Below, one piece after another: positions 25,201 through 38,159 of a stretch of DNA of 64,000 nt. The notes below the pieces were generated by a model, which worked only from the letters and a program-made list of their open reading frames with translations, was not told where the DNA came from and ran no database searches. Origin of the DNA: Dehalococcoidia bacterium. GTDB taxonomy: Bacteria; Chloroflexota; Dehalococcoidia; Bin125. The stretch lies in NCBI GenBank assembly GCA_965247775.1, contig OZ252031.1:1621496-1685495 (forward strand). The letters are read 5' to 3'. The position numbers were made by a program, and so were the translations under genes. Within the stretch, counting starts at the first letter, position 1. Every line of letters begins with the position of its first letter.

Positions 25201-26880
25201 TCAGATGATCGCTGTCCCTTGGTGCTCGCCCCAGACAGCGCGCAGTCCGTCGGCAACCTCGCCCAGGGTGACGTTGGCCTTGACCGCCTCGCCAATGGGG
25301 CCCATGAGGTTGTCGTCGCCGGCGGCGGTCTGGCGTACGCGGTCAATGGCGGCCGCGGCGCGGGAGGCGTCGCGGGCGTCACGCAGGCGCTCGAGCTTCT
25401 CCGTCTGGCGATGGCCGACCTGGGGGTCCACGCGCACGATCTCGGTGGTCACGGGATCGTCGGTGGTGAAGCGGTTCACTCCCACTTTGACGTCGCCGGT
25501 AACGCCGGGGGCGGCGCCGTTGCGCCGGGCTGCGTGCGCCTCGGCCTCGAGAGCGACCTGGCGCTGGTAGGCGGCCTCCATGATCTGCCGCTGCTGATAA
25601 CCCGCCTCGATGGCTGCGACCGCTCCGCCCAGCGCGTCGATCTGGTCGATGTAGCGGGCCGCCTCGGCCTCAATGGCGTCCGTGGTGTGCTCAATGTACG
25701 AGGAGCCGCCGAGGGGATCGACGATGTCGGCGACGCCGATCTCGTGCGCGATGATCTGCTGCGTGCGCAGGGCAACCTCCACGGCGTGCTCGCTGGGCAG
25801 GCCCAAGGCCTCATCGAGCGAGTTCGTGTGCAGCGACTGCGTGCCGCCGAGCACGGCGGCCAGCGCCTGCAGGGCCGTGCGCACGATGTTGTTGTCGGGC
25901 TGCTGGGCGGTGAGGGTGACGCCCCCGGTCTGGGTGTGGAAGCGCAGCATCATGGCGCGATCGTTGCGGGCGTGGAAGCGATCACGGGCGATCCGGGCCC
26001 AGAGACGGCGCGCGGCGCGGAACTTCGCGATCTCCTCCAGGAAATTGGCGTGACAGGCGAAGAAGAATGAGAGCCGAGCGCCGAAGACGTCGAAGTCCAA
26101 GCCGGCGGCCAGGGCGGCCTCCACGTACGCGACGGCGTGGGCCAAGGTAAAGCCGATCTCCTGGGCGGCGGTGCCGCCGGCTTCGCGCATGTGGTAGCCG
26201 CTGACGCTGATGGTGTTCCAGCGGGGGACCTCCCGGCTGCCGTAGTCGAAGATGTCGGTGATCAGGCGCATGGAGGGGCCGGGCGGATAGATGAAGGTGC
26301 CGCGCGCCACGTACTCCTTGAGGATGTCGTTCTGGACGGTGCCCCCGAGGGTGGCGAGCGCGACGCCCTGCTCTTGGGCGACCGCGGCGTAGAGGGCGAG
26401 GAGCGTGGCGGCCGTGGCATTGATCGTCATGGAGGTGGTGACGCGGTCGAGGGGGATGCCGTCGAAGAGGATGCGCATATCTTCGATGGAGTCGATCGCC
26501 ACGCCCACCTTGCCCACCTCGCCGATCGCCTCGGGGGCGTCGGAGTCGTAGCCGATCTGGGTGGGGAGGTCGAAGGCGACGGAGAGGCCCGTCTGCCCCT
26601 GCGCCAAGAGGAAGCGGTAGCGCCGGTTGCTGGCTTCGGCGTCCTCTTGGCCGGCGTACTGGCGCATGGTCCAGAAGCGGCCGCGGTACATGCTGGGCTG
26701 GATGCCGCGGGTGTAGGGAAACTCGCCCGGGAAGCCGAGGTGGGCCGAATCCGCAGGTGCGTCGTAGAGGGGTTGGAGAGGCTCGCCGGAGGAGCGCCGG
26801 AATTCCGGGCGGCGCTCGGCCCGGCGCGCCACGGCCGGGTCGTAGGTTTGCCGACGCCACTGCTCGATCGAGTCCTTCAT
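25201..26880 (-). CDS. Methylmalonyl-CoA mutase large subunit (catalytic TIM-barrel domain only, split form)
   Basis: 559 aa, conserved MCM N-domain blocks ([24 protein letters not shown]), no C-terminal B12 domain. Confidence 0.9.
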   Translation of the reverse strand: MKDSIEQWRRQTYDPAVARRAERRPEFRRSSGEPLQPLYDAPADSAHLGFPGEFPYTRGIQPSMYRGRFWTMRQYAGQEDAEASNRRYRFLLAQGQTGLSVAFDLPTQIGYDSDAPEAIGEVGKVGVAIDSIEDMRILFDGIPLDRVTTSMTINATAATLLALYAAVAQEQGVALATLGGTVQNDILKEYVARGTFIYPPGPSMRLITDIFDYGSREVPRWNTISVSGYHMREAGGTAAQEIGFTLAHAVAYVEAALAAGLDFDVFGARLSFFFACHANFLEEIAKFRAARRLWARIARDRFHARNDRAMMLRFHTQTGGVTLTAQQPDNNIVRTALQALAAVLGGTQSLHTNSLDEALGLPSEHAVEVALRTQQIIAHEIGVADIVDPLGGSSYIEHTTDAIEAEAARYIDQIDALGGAVAAIEAGYQQRQIMEAAYQRQVALEAEAHAARRNGAAPGVTGDVKVGVNRFTTDDPVTTEIVRVDPQVGHRQTEKLERLRDARDASRAAAAIDRVRQTAAGDDNLMGPIGEAVKANVTLGEVADGLRAVWGEHQGTAII

Positions 26881-26956
26881 GGCTGCTCCCCGCTGAGTTT
26901 ATCGCTGCGCGCGGCGGGTCGTCACGAGATCCCGCTCCCCCGCGAGGCGGCTGGGA

Positions 26957-27033
26957 AGTGGTGGGCGGTGGAGGACTCGAACCTCCGACCTTCCGGGTGT
27001 AAACCGGATGCTCTCGCCATCTGAGCTAACCGC
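26957..27033 (-). tRNA. tRNA-Val (anticodon TAC)
   Basis: Cloverleaf on the minus strand with anticodon loop UUUACAC. Confidence 0.85.
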
Positions 27034-27147
27034 CCACAGGATCGCGGCAGGTGCGGTCTTGCCGCGACCGTATGGAGCGGGCGGCGTCATGGTCAAGCGA
27101 TGAGGGGGGTGCGCCCCCGTCCGACAGCGGCGGCCGCAGGGACTCGC

Positions 27148-28317
27148 CTATTGGGTGGCCAGGAAGCCGCCCAGGTTCTCCGCGGCCTGCGCGAACTGCG
27201 CCGCGCCGTCGCGGAAGAGGTCGACGCCGCGGCCGATCTGGACGCCGTCGGCGGCGTCGACCCCGGCCTGGAGGAGCCCTGAGGCGACCTCCAGGAGCTC
27301 GAAGGCCTCGAGCACGTCCGCCGTCAGCACGTCCGCCGAGGAGGGCGGCGTGAGCTGGGCCCAGGCCTGGAGGTTGGTCACCCAGATGCGCGCCTGGGCG
27401 GTGACGTTCCGCTGCCAGGCGATGTCGTCGATGACGGTGGGATCGGCCTGGAGGCGGGCGAAGAGTTCGTTGGCGGCGGCGTGGTTGGCGATCTGGGAGT
27501 CCAGCAGCTCCTGCGCCACGGTGAGGAAGGAGGCGTCGATCTCTTCGGTCTCGAACTCGATGGCGGTGTCGAGAATGCGATTGGTCAGCGCGGTCATCTC
27601 TTCGAAGGTGTGGAAGCCGATCTTGACCGTGTCGACGATGCCGTCGGCGCGGACGTAGAGCGTGGTGGGCATGCCGACGACCTGGTACGGCCCGTCGCGG
27701 CCGCCAAGGTCGTCGTCCAGGTCCAGAAGCAAGGGATAGGTGGCCCCGGTCTGGCCCGCGAAGCGGGTGGCGGTGGCCAGGGACTCGGCGCGGTTGATCC
27801 CGATCAGTGCCAGCCGGTCGCCGGCGGTTTGATGGACGCGCTCGAAGTCGGGCATTTCCTCGATGCAGAAGGCGCACCAGGAGGCCCAGAAGTTGACGAC
27901 GGCCGGTTTGCCGAGGGCGCTGAGCTGCACGGGGGCACCCTCCAAGTCCAGGAGGCGGAAGTCGGGGACCAACGCACCTTCTTTGGGGGCGTCGCCGTCG
28001 CGTTGGATGTAGCCGATGAAGGTCTGCGCCTCCAGCTCGTCGACGCGCGCCGCCAGCGTTTCGATCTCGCTGGGATCCGCGCCGGGGCCGTTGCGGAGGA
28101 GGTCCAGGCGGTCGCGGGTCACGTCCAGCTCGTCCAGCTTGGCCTGGAAGTCGGCGCCGACGACCTCGGTGACGTCCGCCGTGCTGGGCGCCACCCAGAA
28201 GGCCGCGAGGGCTGCGAGGGCCATCAGCCCCAGAACGGCCAGGCGGTTGATGCCTTCGCGCCTCGACCGCGGCCGGCGCAGGACGGGAAATTCGATGCCC
28301 CGGATGAACCCGACCAT
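27148..28317 (-). CDS. Membrane-anchored thioredoxin-like thiol:disulfide oxidoreductase (TlpA/ResA-like) with long C-terminal extension
   Basis: TM anchor, WASWCAFC redox motif in a thioredoxin fold, about 170 extra C-terminal residues of unknown function; start uncertain (M1, M9 or M19). Confidence 0.65.
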   Translation of the reverse strand: MVGFIRGIEFPVLRRPRSRREGINRLAVLGLMALAALAAFWVAPSTADVTEVVGADFQAKLDELDVTRDRLDLLRNGPGADPSEIETLAARVDELEAQTFIGYIQRDGDAPKEGALVPDFRLLDLEGAPVQLSALGKPAVVNFWASWCAFCIEEMPDFERVHQTAGDRLALIGINRAESLATATRFAGQTGATYPLLLDLDDDLGGRDGPYQVVGMPTTLYVRADGIVDTVKIGFHTFEEMTALTNRILDTAIEFETEEIDASFLTVAQELLDSQIANHAAANELFARLQADPTVIDDIAWQRNVTAQARIWVTNLQAWAQLTPPSSADVLTADVLEAFELLEVASGLLQAGVDAADGVQIGRGVDLFRDGAAQFAQAAENLGGFLATQ

Positions 28318-28540
28318 AACGGTCCCCACACTCGCGGGACGTGCCATCGCGTGCCCGCTCTCCCCCACCATCCTCGCCCGCGGCGTCCTGCACGCGATAC
28401 GGTCAGGGGGTACGGCCGGATGCGAGCGCAGGCGTGACTGCGGTCACGCCGACGCCGCCCAGGGCCGCAGATTGACCCCCTTCTTGGGCGGTTGATAGCA
28501 TGAGATCTGGGCGTTCTTTCGGGCGAACCGTCCCACGGAT

Positions 28541-28616
28541 GGCAGCGTAGCTCAGTTGGTAGAGCAGGGGACTCATAAGCCCTTGGTCGCAGGTTCGAGT
28601 CCTGCCGCTGCTACCA
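28541..28616 (+). tRNA. tRNA-Met (anticodon CAT; could be the lysidine-modified Ile2 species)
   Basis: Cloverleaf with CUCAUAA loop. Confidence 0.85.
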
Positions 28617-28631
28617 TCACGAGGCCGTTTG

Positions 28632-28708
28632 GGGCGATTAGCTCAGCTGGCTAGAGCGTCCGGTTCACATCCGGGAGGTCGCAGGTTCAAGTCCTGCATC
28701 GCCCACCA
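28632..28708 (+). tRNA. tRNA-Val (anticodon CAC)
   Basis: Cloverleaf with UUCACAU loop. Confidence 0.85.
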
Positions 28709-28720
28709 GCAGCGGTGCGC

Positions 28721-28807
28721 GCCGAAGTGGCGGAATTGGCAGACGCGCTACGTTCAGGGCGTAGTGTCCGCAAGGGCGTGGGAGTTCGAGTCTCCCCTTC
28801 GGCACCA
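28721..28807 (+). tRNA. tRNA-Leu (anticodon CAG)
   Basis: Class II tRNA with long variable arm, UUCAGGG loop. Confidence 0.85.
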
Positions 28808-28814
28808 AGCAGTC

Positions 28815-28891
28815 GCGCTCGTAGCTCAGTGGATTAGAGCGCTGCCCTGCGGAGGCAGAGGTCGTGGGTTCAAGTCCCGCCGAGCGCGCCA
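28815..28891 (+). tRNA. tRNA-Arg (anticodon reads GCG, not the usual ACG)
   Basis: Cloverleaf with anticodon stem CUGCC/GGCAG and loop CUGCGGA. Confidence 0.7.
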
Positions 28892-28951
28892 CTTCCCGCG
28901 CCCCGTCGCACTCCCTGCGGCCGTCCGGCAGGGTGATCGCGTCCGGGCGGC

Positions 28952-30913
28952 TTGGCCCGGCGGTATCCTGAAGCCACGATGGGGAACCAAGGGACGGTCC
29001 CGGTGGTGCGGGCAGCCAAACTGAAGACGCAAGTGCGCACCGTGCCCGAGAAGCCGGGCGTCTACCTGTTCCGCAACGCCCAGGGCGCCGTGATCTACGT
29101 GGGGAAGGCCGCCAACCTCCGCGCGCGCGTGCGCTCGTATTTCGGCGCGCCGAACTCGCTCGCAGGGAAGACCCGGCGTCTCTCGGCCGCGATCGCGGAC
29201 CTGGAATACGTCACGACGGCCACGGAGCAGGAGGCGCTGCACCTGGAAGCATCGCTGGTGAAGCGTCACCAGCCCCTCTACAACGTGCGGCTCAAGGATG
29301 ACAAGCACTACCCCTATCTGAAGATCGACGTGGACGAGCCGTGGCCGCGCGTCTACATCACGCGCAGCGTCCAGCGCGACGGCGGCCGCTACTTTGGGCC
29401 CTACGCGAACGCCAAGTCCGTCCGCACGACGCTGGACATCGTCAAGAAACTGTTTCCCTGGCGCTCCTGCACCAAGACGATCAGCGGGACCGACGCGCGT
29501 CCCTGCCTGGATTACTACATCCGCCGCTGCATCGCCCCGTGCACCTCCTACTGCACTCCGGAGGAATACCGGGCCGTCGTCGATCAGGTGATCCACTTCC
29601 TGGAAGGGCGCACGGACCTGGTGCTCAGCGACCTCCAGGAGCGCATGGCGGCCGCCAGCGCCGCGCTCGATTACGAGCGTGCGGCACAACTTCGTGACCA
29701 GCTGCGGGCGGTGGCGAAGGTCACCGAGGCTCAGGTGGTCGCCTCCACAACGGAGGCGGAGATTGACGTCTTCGGCTTGGCTCAGGATGGCAACGAAGCT
29801 GTCGTTCAGGTGCTTTTCGTCCGGGGCACAAAAATGACGGGAGGGGACGTCTTCAGCCTGGCGGGGGTCAGCGAGGAGCCAGCGGCCGTCGTGCTGGGCT
29901 CCTTTCTCAAGCAGTTCTATAAGGACGCGACGGTGGCGCCGCGGCTGATCCTGCTCCCCACCGCTCCCGACGAGATGGATCTGCTCGCGCGCTGGCTCAG
30001 CGATACGCGCGGCGGACGCGTGGAGCTGCGGATGCCGACGCGCGGCGAGAAGCGGCGCCTCGTGGCCATGGCTCAGGAGAACGCTGCGGAGTCCTTGCAG
30101 CTACAGCGCGCGACGTGGCTGGCCGACGAGGGCAAGACCGGGGCGGCGCTGTCGGAGCTGCAGGAGGCCCTGAGTCTGCCCGAGCCGCCGGGGCGGATCG
30201 AGTGCTACGACATCTCCAACATCCAAGGCAGGGATTCCGTCGCGAGCATGGTGGTCTTTCTCGATGGCCATCCCGCCACCCGGGAGTATCGCCGCTTCGA
30301 GATCAAGACGGTGGCAGGGGCGAACGACTTCGCCTCCATGGCGGAAGTGCTGGAGCGTCGCTTCAAACGGCTGGCGCGGGAGCGGGCCGCGGCCCGAGAC
30401 AGCGGCGGCGGAGTGCCCGAGGCGACGCTCGCAGGCGCTACGGGGCCGGAAGGGGGGGTCCCCGAGCGCGCGCGAGAGGGATGGGAGGCGCTGCCCGACC
30501 TGCTGATCGTCGACGGGGGCAAAGGGCAGCTCTCGGCGGCGCACGATGTGCTGCGCAATCTGGGCATCGACGATGTGCCGCTGGGGGGGCTGGCGAAGCG
30601 CAACGAGGAGTTGTTCGTCGTCGATAGCAAGGAGCCGATCCGGCTGGACCGTCGCTCCCAGGGGCTCTATCTCATCCAGCGCGTGCGCGACGAGGCGCAC
30701 CGTTTCGCCATCACCTACCACCGCAGCCTGCGCTCGAGGCGGGGCATGCGGAGCGCGCTGGACGGGGTGCCGGGGGTGGGCCCGAAGCGAAAGAAGGCAC
30801 TGCTGAGGAAGTTCGGGAGCCTGAGGGCCATCCGCGACGCCCCCCTCGATGAGATCGCGGCGACGCCAGGGCTGACTCGGGGGGTCGCGGCGCAGGTTAA
30901 GGATCGGCTCTAG
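28952..30913 (+). CDS. uvrC: Excinuclease ABC subunit C (UvrC)
   Basis: GIY-YIG N-domain (PGVYLFRNAQGAVIYVGKAANLR), UVR, RNase H-like and HhH domains. Confidence 0.9.
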   Translation: MARRYPEATMGNQGTVPVVRAAKLKTQVRTVPEKPGVYLFRNAQGAVIYVGKAANLRARVRSYFGAPNSLAGKTRRLSAAIADLEYVTTATEQEALHLEASLVKRHQPLYNVRLKDDKHYPYLKIDVDEPWPRVYITRSVQRDGGRYFGPYANAKSVRTTLDIVKKLFPWRSCTKTISGTDARPCLDYYIRRCIAPCTSYCTPEEYRAVVDQVIHFLEGRTDLVLSDLQERMAAASAALDYERAAQLRDQLRAVAKVTEAQVVASTTEAEIDVFGLAQDGNEAVVQVLFVRGTKMTGGDVFSLAGVSEEPAAVVLGSFLKQFYKDATVAPRLILLPTAPDEMDLLARWLSDTRGGRVELRMPTRGEKRRLVAMAQENAAESLQLQRATWLADEGKTGAALSELQEALSLPEPPGRIECYDISNIQGRDSVASMVVFLDGHPATREYRRFEIKTVAGANDFASMAEVLERRFKRLARERAAARDSGGGVPEATLAGATGPEGGVPERAREGWEALPDLLIVDGGKGQLSAAHDVLRNLGIDDVPLGGLAKRNEELFVVDSKEPIRLDRRSQGLYLIQRVRDEAHRFAITYHRSLRSRRGMRSALDGVPGVGPKRKKALLRKFGSLRAIRDAPLDEIAATPGLTRGVAAQVKDRL

Positions 30914-31233
30914 GCCAGGCGCCAGCACCAGCGGCCGCGCCAACCGGCCCTCGACGCCGCCGGAGGTTTATGTAATCTTTACGAGCGCCCGGACGAGGCG
31001 CCGCGCCGCGCGCCGGCGCGACGGGTACGACCGAAGGAGGAGGGCCTGATCGCCGGAACGGACTCCAGGCTGTGGCAGCGGGAACAGAGCGTTTCCCCCA
31101 GCGTCCCGCAAAACCGCGGGGAAACGGTGGATACCCCGTGTACCGGAAGTTGTGGTCGCGGAGAGCGCGCGCATATGCTTCGGCCCGGTTCGCCCGCCAC
31201 ACGCTCCCCTCACGATGCCCGAGGAGCCTGCTC

Positions 31234-32145
31234 ATGAACGAGCACGTCCAGCAATTCCTCAGCTTCATGTCCGCCGAAAAGGGGGCCGCGGCGAACACCA
31301 TCTCCGCCTACCGTAACGACCTGGATCAGTTCCACCAGCATCTCCAGGGCACTCGCCGCAATGGCCGGGAGCCCTCCTGGGGCGAGGTTGACCCGCAAGC
31401 CTTGCAGGACTACATCGCGGCCATGCGTGCGCGCGAGTACGCGGACGCCACGGTGGCGCGCAAGGTGGCCGCGGTGAAGAGTTTCTTTAGCTACCTCACG
31501 GCGGAAGGCGTGGTCCCCAGCGACCCCACGGAAACGCTTTCCTCGCCGCGGGTGGGCAAGACGCTGCCTAAGGCGCTGACCGTGCAGGAGGTGGACGAGC
31601 TGCTGGAGCAGCCGCGAAAGCGGTCGACGCCCGAAGCGAAGCGCGACAAGGCGATGATGGAGTTGCTGTACGCCACCGGCATGCGTGTGAGCGAACTCGT
31701 GGCGCTCAACCTGGACTCCATCGAACTGCGGAACAACCGCGCCACCGTGCGCTGCGTCGGCAAGGCCGGCAAAGAACGTCTGATCCCTATTCATGAGCAG
31801 GCCGTGCATGCGCTGCGCATCTACTTGCAGGAAGCGCGCCCAGAGCTGGCGCGGTCTCGCCGGGAGAAGGGGCTGTTCATCAACCGCCGTGGTGAGCGGC
31901 TGACCCGGCAAGGCTTCTGGCTGATCCTGAAGAATTACGCGAGGTCCGCGAATATCTCCAGCGACGTCACGCCCCACACCCTGCGGCACTCGTTCGCCAC
32001 GCACATGCTCCGGGGCGGGGCGCCCCTGCGCAGCGTGCAGGAGCTACTCGGGCACGCCAACATCTCCACCACTCAGGTCTACACCCAGCTCACCGACGAG
32101 CATGTGCGCCAGGTCTACGACCACGCCCACCCGCGAGCGCAGTAA
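31234..32145 (+). CDS. xerD: Tyrosine recombinase XerD/XerC
   Basis: Phage-integrase N-terminal SAM-like domain, catalytic R..HxxR...Y (HTLRHSFATHML ... TTQVYTQL); start at M55 of the ORF; XerC versus XerD not resolvable. Confidence 0.8.
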   Translation: MNEHVQQFLSFMSAEKGAAANTISAYRNDLDQFHQHLQGTRRNGREPSWGEVDPQALQDYIAAMRAREYADATVARKVAAVKSFFSYLTAEGVVPSDPTETLSSPRVGKTLPKALTVQEVDELLEQPRKRSTPEAKRDKAMMELLYATGMRVSELVALNLDSIELRNNRATVRCVGKAGKERLIPIHEQAVHALRIYLQEARPELARSRREKGLFINRRGERLTRQGFWLILKNYARSANISSDVTPHTLRHSFATHMLRGGAPLRSVQELLGHANISTTQVYTQLTDEHVRQVYDHAHPRAQ

Positions 32146-32204
32146 CGCCGCTCCGTTGTTCCGCCAGGAAGCCGCTCCTAGGATGGAGCGGCTCGTGTCG
32201 TTAA

Positions 32205-33566
<1,362 letters not shown>

Positions 33567-33624
33567 TGCAGTGGCGCCGCACGCCGTCGATCGGATCAGC
33601 GAGGAACTGGAGGCCAACCGGGCC

Positions 33625-34143
33625 ATGTTCGTCGCGCTGTGCCGGGCGTTGACGGGGGAGTTGGCGCGCCCGGTCCCGGGCGGGCACTGGAGCGTGGGCG
33701 ATCACGTCGCGCACATTGCCGCATACGACCGGCTGGCCGTCCACCACCTGGCTTCACGAGTCGTCGGAATGGACCCCCGTCCCCAGATGGATAGCGACGG
33801 CTGGAACGAGTCGGAGGTGCGGCAGCGGGCGGGGCGGACGTTGCCGGCGCTGCTGAGTGAGATGGGGGAATTGCGAGCCGCGGCGATGGCGCTGCTCACG
33901 GCCGTGCCGGAGCCGGCCTTGGACCGACACGTCTGGTTCCCGGGGGACGCGCGGCGGGCCGCGGGCGACGTCCCGCTGCGGCTCTGGCTGGAGCGCTGGA
34001 GCAAGCACGACATGATCCACGCCCGCGACATGCTGCGCGCCCTCCCGGCCCTGGCCGCCCATCGCGACTTCCAGAGCTGGCTGAGCGGCGATCCGTTGTT
34101 GGAGGCTCTGGCACGTGCAGAGGCTGGCCAGCGCGATGGCTGA
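33625..34143 (+). CDS. DinB_2 / mycothiol-maleylpyruvate-isomerase N-terminal-like protein
   Basis: HWSVGDHVAHIAAYDRLAVHHL His motif; ATG 33625 has GGAGG 11 nt upstream (alternative GTG 33571). Confidence 0.55.
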   Translation: MFVALCRALTGELARPVPGGHWSVGDHVAHIAAYDRLAVHHLASRVVGMDPRPQMDSDGWNESEVRQRAGRTLPALLSEMGELRAAAMALLTAVPEPALDRHVWFPGDARRAAGDVPLRLWLERWSKHDMIHARDMLRALPALAAHRDFQSWLSGDPLLEALARAEAGQRDG

Positions 34144-34669
34144 GCCGCGGCAGACCAGTTTGACCTCGGAGAGACTCGCGGCTTGGTGGCGAGACGGCAC
34201 GCGGGGCCCTCTGATCTCTGCGGCGCTGCGCGCGGGGCCACCGGGCGGCTGGCCGGCCGCGGCCTCTGCCCTGCCGCCGGACGAGAACTCCTCGGCGCGG
34301 CAACCGCCGGACCGGCCCACGCCGATCGCGGGCGACCTGCCCGAGGTCCAGGCCCTGCGCCTGGCGCTGCAGGGCGTGGGCCAGCCGATGGATACCGTTG
34401 GCCACTGGATCGGCGCGCTCAGGCTGGCCGCCGCGACGGCCGGACGGCGGCCCCTCGTTTGGTCGGCGGCGGAGGTGGCGACGCGCTGTGCGGATCTGGC
34501 CCAGGAGGGTCGCGGCGTCTGGTCGTTGTTGGAGGCCGTGCGCGTCCTCTGGGCCTGGCGCCCAGACGGGGCCTCCGCGGACGCGCAGGCATCGCGGCTT
34601 CTTGCACTCCTGCAGTCGGTGTTGACGACGCCGCTGCCCGCCAGCGAGCAGGAGGGCCCTGGGGCGTGA
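34136..34669 (+). CDS. Hypothetical protein (177 aa), translationally coupled
   Basis: ATG overlaps the upstream stop (ATGGCTGA); Ala/Leu/Trp-rich with no family recognised. Confidence 0.4.
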   Translation: MAEPRQTSLTSERLAAWWRDGTRGPLISAALRAGPPGGWPAAASALPPDENSSARQPPDRPTPIAGDLPEVQALRLALQGVGQPMDTVGHWIGALRLAAATAGRRPLVWSAAEVATRCADLAQEGRGVWSLLEAVRVLWAWRPDGASADAQASRLLALLQSVLTTPLPASEQEGPGA

Positions 34670-35553
34670 GCGGCCGGGACCCGGATCCGCCGCCGCAACG
34701 GGTCTCTCCCATCACCGTGCCGGACGAGGACCCGGCCCTGCCCGCGCCCGGAGCGGAGGCGCCGCGGCTGGTCCGCGACGCGTTCCGCGAGTTCCGCTTC
34801 GCCTGCACGAGGGAATCCCGCTGGATCGAGCGGTCACTGCACTTGCAGCGCGAGATCGTACGGGCCAGCAGCGGCAGCCGCTATCGCAACCATCGCTACG
34901 CGGCGGCGCTGCTGCTCTGGTCCCGGATCGACGCGGCCGCGCTGGAAGTCTGGCGGCTCACGGCCTGGGCCAATTATGCTCCGGCGCCCCCGCTGCTGCG
35001 GGCGATGCTGGAATGGCTGGCCGCGGAGCAGGCGATCGTGGGATCGGAGTTCGAGGAGTTCGCGGAGTATCTGCGGGCCTTCGCGGGCCATAACGCCGAG
35101 CACGCGGCGCTGGATCTGGGCATGGGCCAGTACATGGCGGGCCAGCAGATCGCGATGGCGCCGGATCTTGCGCCGGTCTATCGAGCGGCATCGGAGCTGG
35201 CGCGCCCGCACTTCGGGGCCTCCATCCTCCTGGCGGCCGCAGAGTCCAGCCGCCAGCGGGTGCTGGTGCACTGGGGTGACCGTAGTTTCCATTTGGGCTG
35301 GGCCCAGCTGCTCAGCGGCTGGCTGATGACGGTGCTGGCGCGCCAGACGCGCTTCGCCGTCGGGCGGGGGCTCTTCGCTGTCGATGCGGAGCAACGGGCA
35401 CGGTTCCAGACGCTGGCGCGGGAAGGGGACGCGATCCTGGGAGCGAGCGAGCGGTGCCGGGCGAGCTGGGTCACGGAGGCCGGGCGGCAGCGCCTGCTCC
35501 TGCAAGGGTTCCGCCGGCAGCCGTCGGGCGCGCCGCAGCGGCTGCTGCTGTAG
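34666..35553 (+). CDS. Hypothetical protein (295 aa), translationally coupled
   Basis: GTG start overlaps the upstream stop (GTGA); no family recognised. Confidence 0.4.
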   Translation: MSGRDPDPPPQRVSPITVPDEDPALPAPGAEAPRLVRDAFREFRFACTRESRWIERSLHLQREIVRASSGSRYRNHRYAAALLLWSRIDAAALEVWRLTAWANYAPAPPLLRAMLEWLAAEQAIVGSEFEEFAEYLRAFAGHNAEHAALDLGMGQYMAGQQIAMAPDLAPVYRAASELARPHFGASILLAAAESSRQRVLVHWGDRSFHLGWAQLLSGWLMTVLARQTRFAVGRGLFAVDAEQRARFQTLAREGDAILGASERCRASWVTEAGRQRLLLQGFRRQPSGAPQRLLL

Positions 35554-35698
35554 TGGCACCGCCGGACCAAGTTTCGGGCCGGCAGCGCTTGCCCCGGCGC
35601 GACGGATCGTGCAGGCTGCGCATCGACCGGGCGGGGCCAGCGCGCGGAGCGGCCCGGGGCGCGGCGTCAGCCCATCACCCCGCGGAGGAACAGCGACC

Positions 35699-36721
35699 AT
35701 GGCGACCAAAATCGGGATCAACGGGTTCGGCCGCATCGGCCGGCAGGTGCTGAAGGGCATCCTTGACCACCACCAGGACGACCTGGAGGTCGTGGCCCTG
35801 AACGACCTGACGGACCCTGAGACCAACGCCCATCTCTTCATGTACGACAGCACCTACGGACGTTATCCGGGCGAGGTGCGCGTCGAGGACGGGCGCCTCG
35901 TCATTGACGGACAGCGGATCGCCGTACTCGCCGAGCGCGACCCAGCGCAGATCCCTTGGGGGGATCACGGGGTGGAGATCGTGATCGAGTCGACCGGACG
36001 CTTCACCAACGCAGACGTCGCCAAGGGCCATCTGGTGAATGGGCCGCGCAAAGTGGTCATCTCGGCGCCGGCCAAGAATGAGGACCTCACCGTGGTGCTG
36101 GGCGTCAACGACGAGGCCTACGACCCCGCCAGGCACCACGTCGTGTCGAATGCCTCCTGCACCACGAACTGCCTGGCGCCGATGGCGAAGGTCCTGGACG
36201 AGGCCGTTGGCATTAAGGCGGGCATCATGTCCACCATCCACGCCTATACCAACGATCAGGTGATCCTAGACACCGTCCACTCCGACCTGCGCCGGGCGCG
36301 CGCCGCCGCGACGAACATCATCCCCACGAGCACGGGCGCGGCGCGGGCGGTGGGGCGGGTGCTGCCGCACCTGGACGGCAGGCTCAACGGCATGGCCTAC
36401 CGTGTGCCCACCGCCACCGTCTCGGTGGTGGACCTAACCGTGGAGGCGAAGCGCCCCACCAGCGCGGCGGAGGTCAACGCGGCCTTCAGCCGGGCGGCGA
36501 GCACACCGGAATCACCGCTCTACGGCATCCTCGCCGTGGAGGAGCGGCCTCTGGTGAGCAGTGACTTCCGGGGGAACCCGGCGAGTTCGATCATCGACGC
36601 GCCCAGCACGATGGTGCTGGAGGAGACACTGGTCAAGGTCGTCTCTTGGTACGACAACGAGTGGGCCTACAGTGTGCGCGTCGGCGACCTCTGTGCGCTC
36701 ATGGCAGAGCGCGGCATCTAG
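35699..36721 (+). CDS. gap: Glyceraldehyde-3-phosphate dehydrogenase, type I
   Basis: MATKIGINGFGRIGR Rossmann N-terminus, SNASCTTNCLAP active site. Confidence 0.95.
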   Translation: MATKIGINGFGRIGRQVLKGILDHHQDDLEVVALNDLTDPETNAHLFMYDSTYGRYPGEVRVEDGRLVIDGQRIAVLAERDPAQIPWGDHGVEIVIESTGRFTNADVAKGHLVNGPRKVVISAPAKNEDLTVVLGVNDEAYDPARHHVVSNASCTTNCLAPMAKVLDEAVGIKAGIMSTIHAYTNDQVILDTVHSDLRRARAAATNIIPTSTGAARAVGRVLPHLDGRLNGMAYRVPTATVSVVDLTVEAKRPTSAAEVNAAFSRAASTPESPLYGILAVEERPLVSSDFRGNPASSIIDAPSTMVLEETLVKVVSWYDNEWAYSVRVGDLCALMAERGI

Positions 36722-36792
36722 ACCCCGTCTGTAGCCTCCGCAGGCCTCGCCTCTGCCCCGCCGGGGCCGGACGCCCCTATACACTAGGCGCC

Positions 36793-38124
<1,332 letters not shown>

Positions 38125-38159
38125 GCCCCGGCGCGGGTCAACCCAGAGAGGATGCAGCC

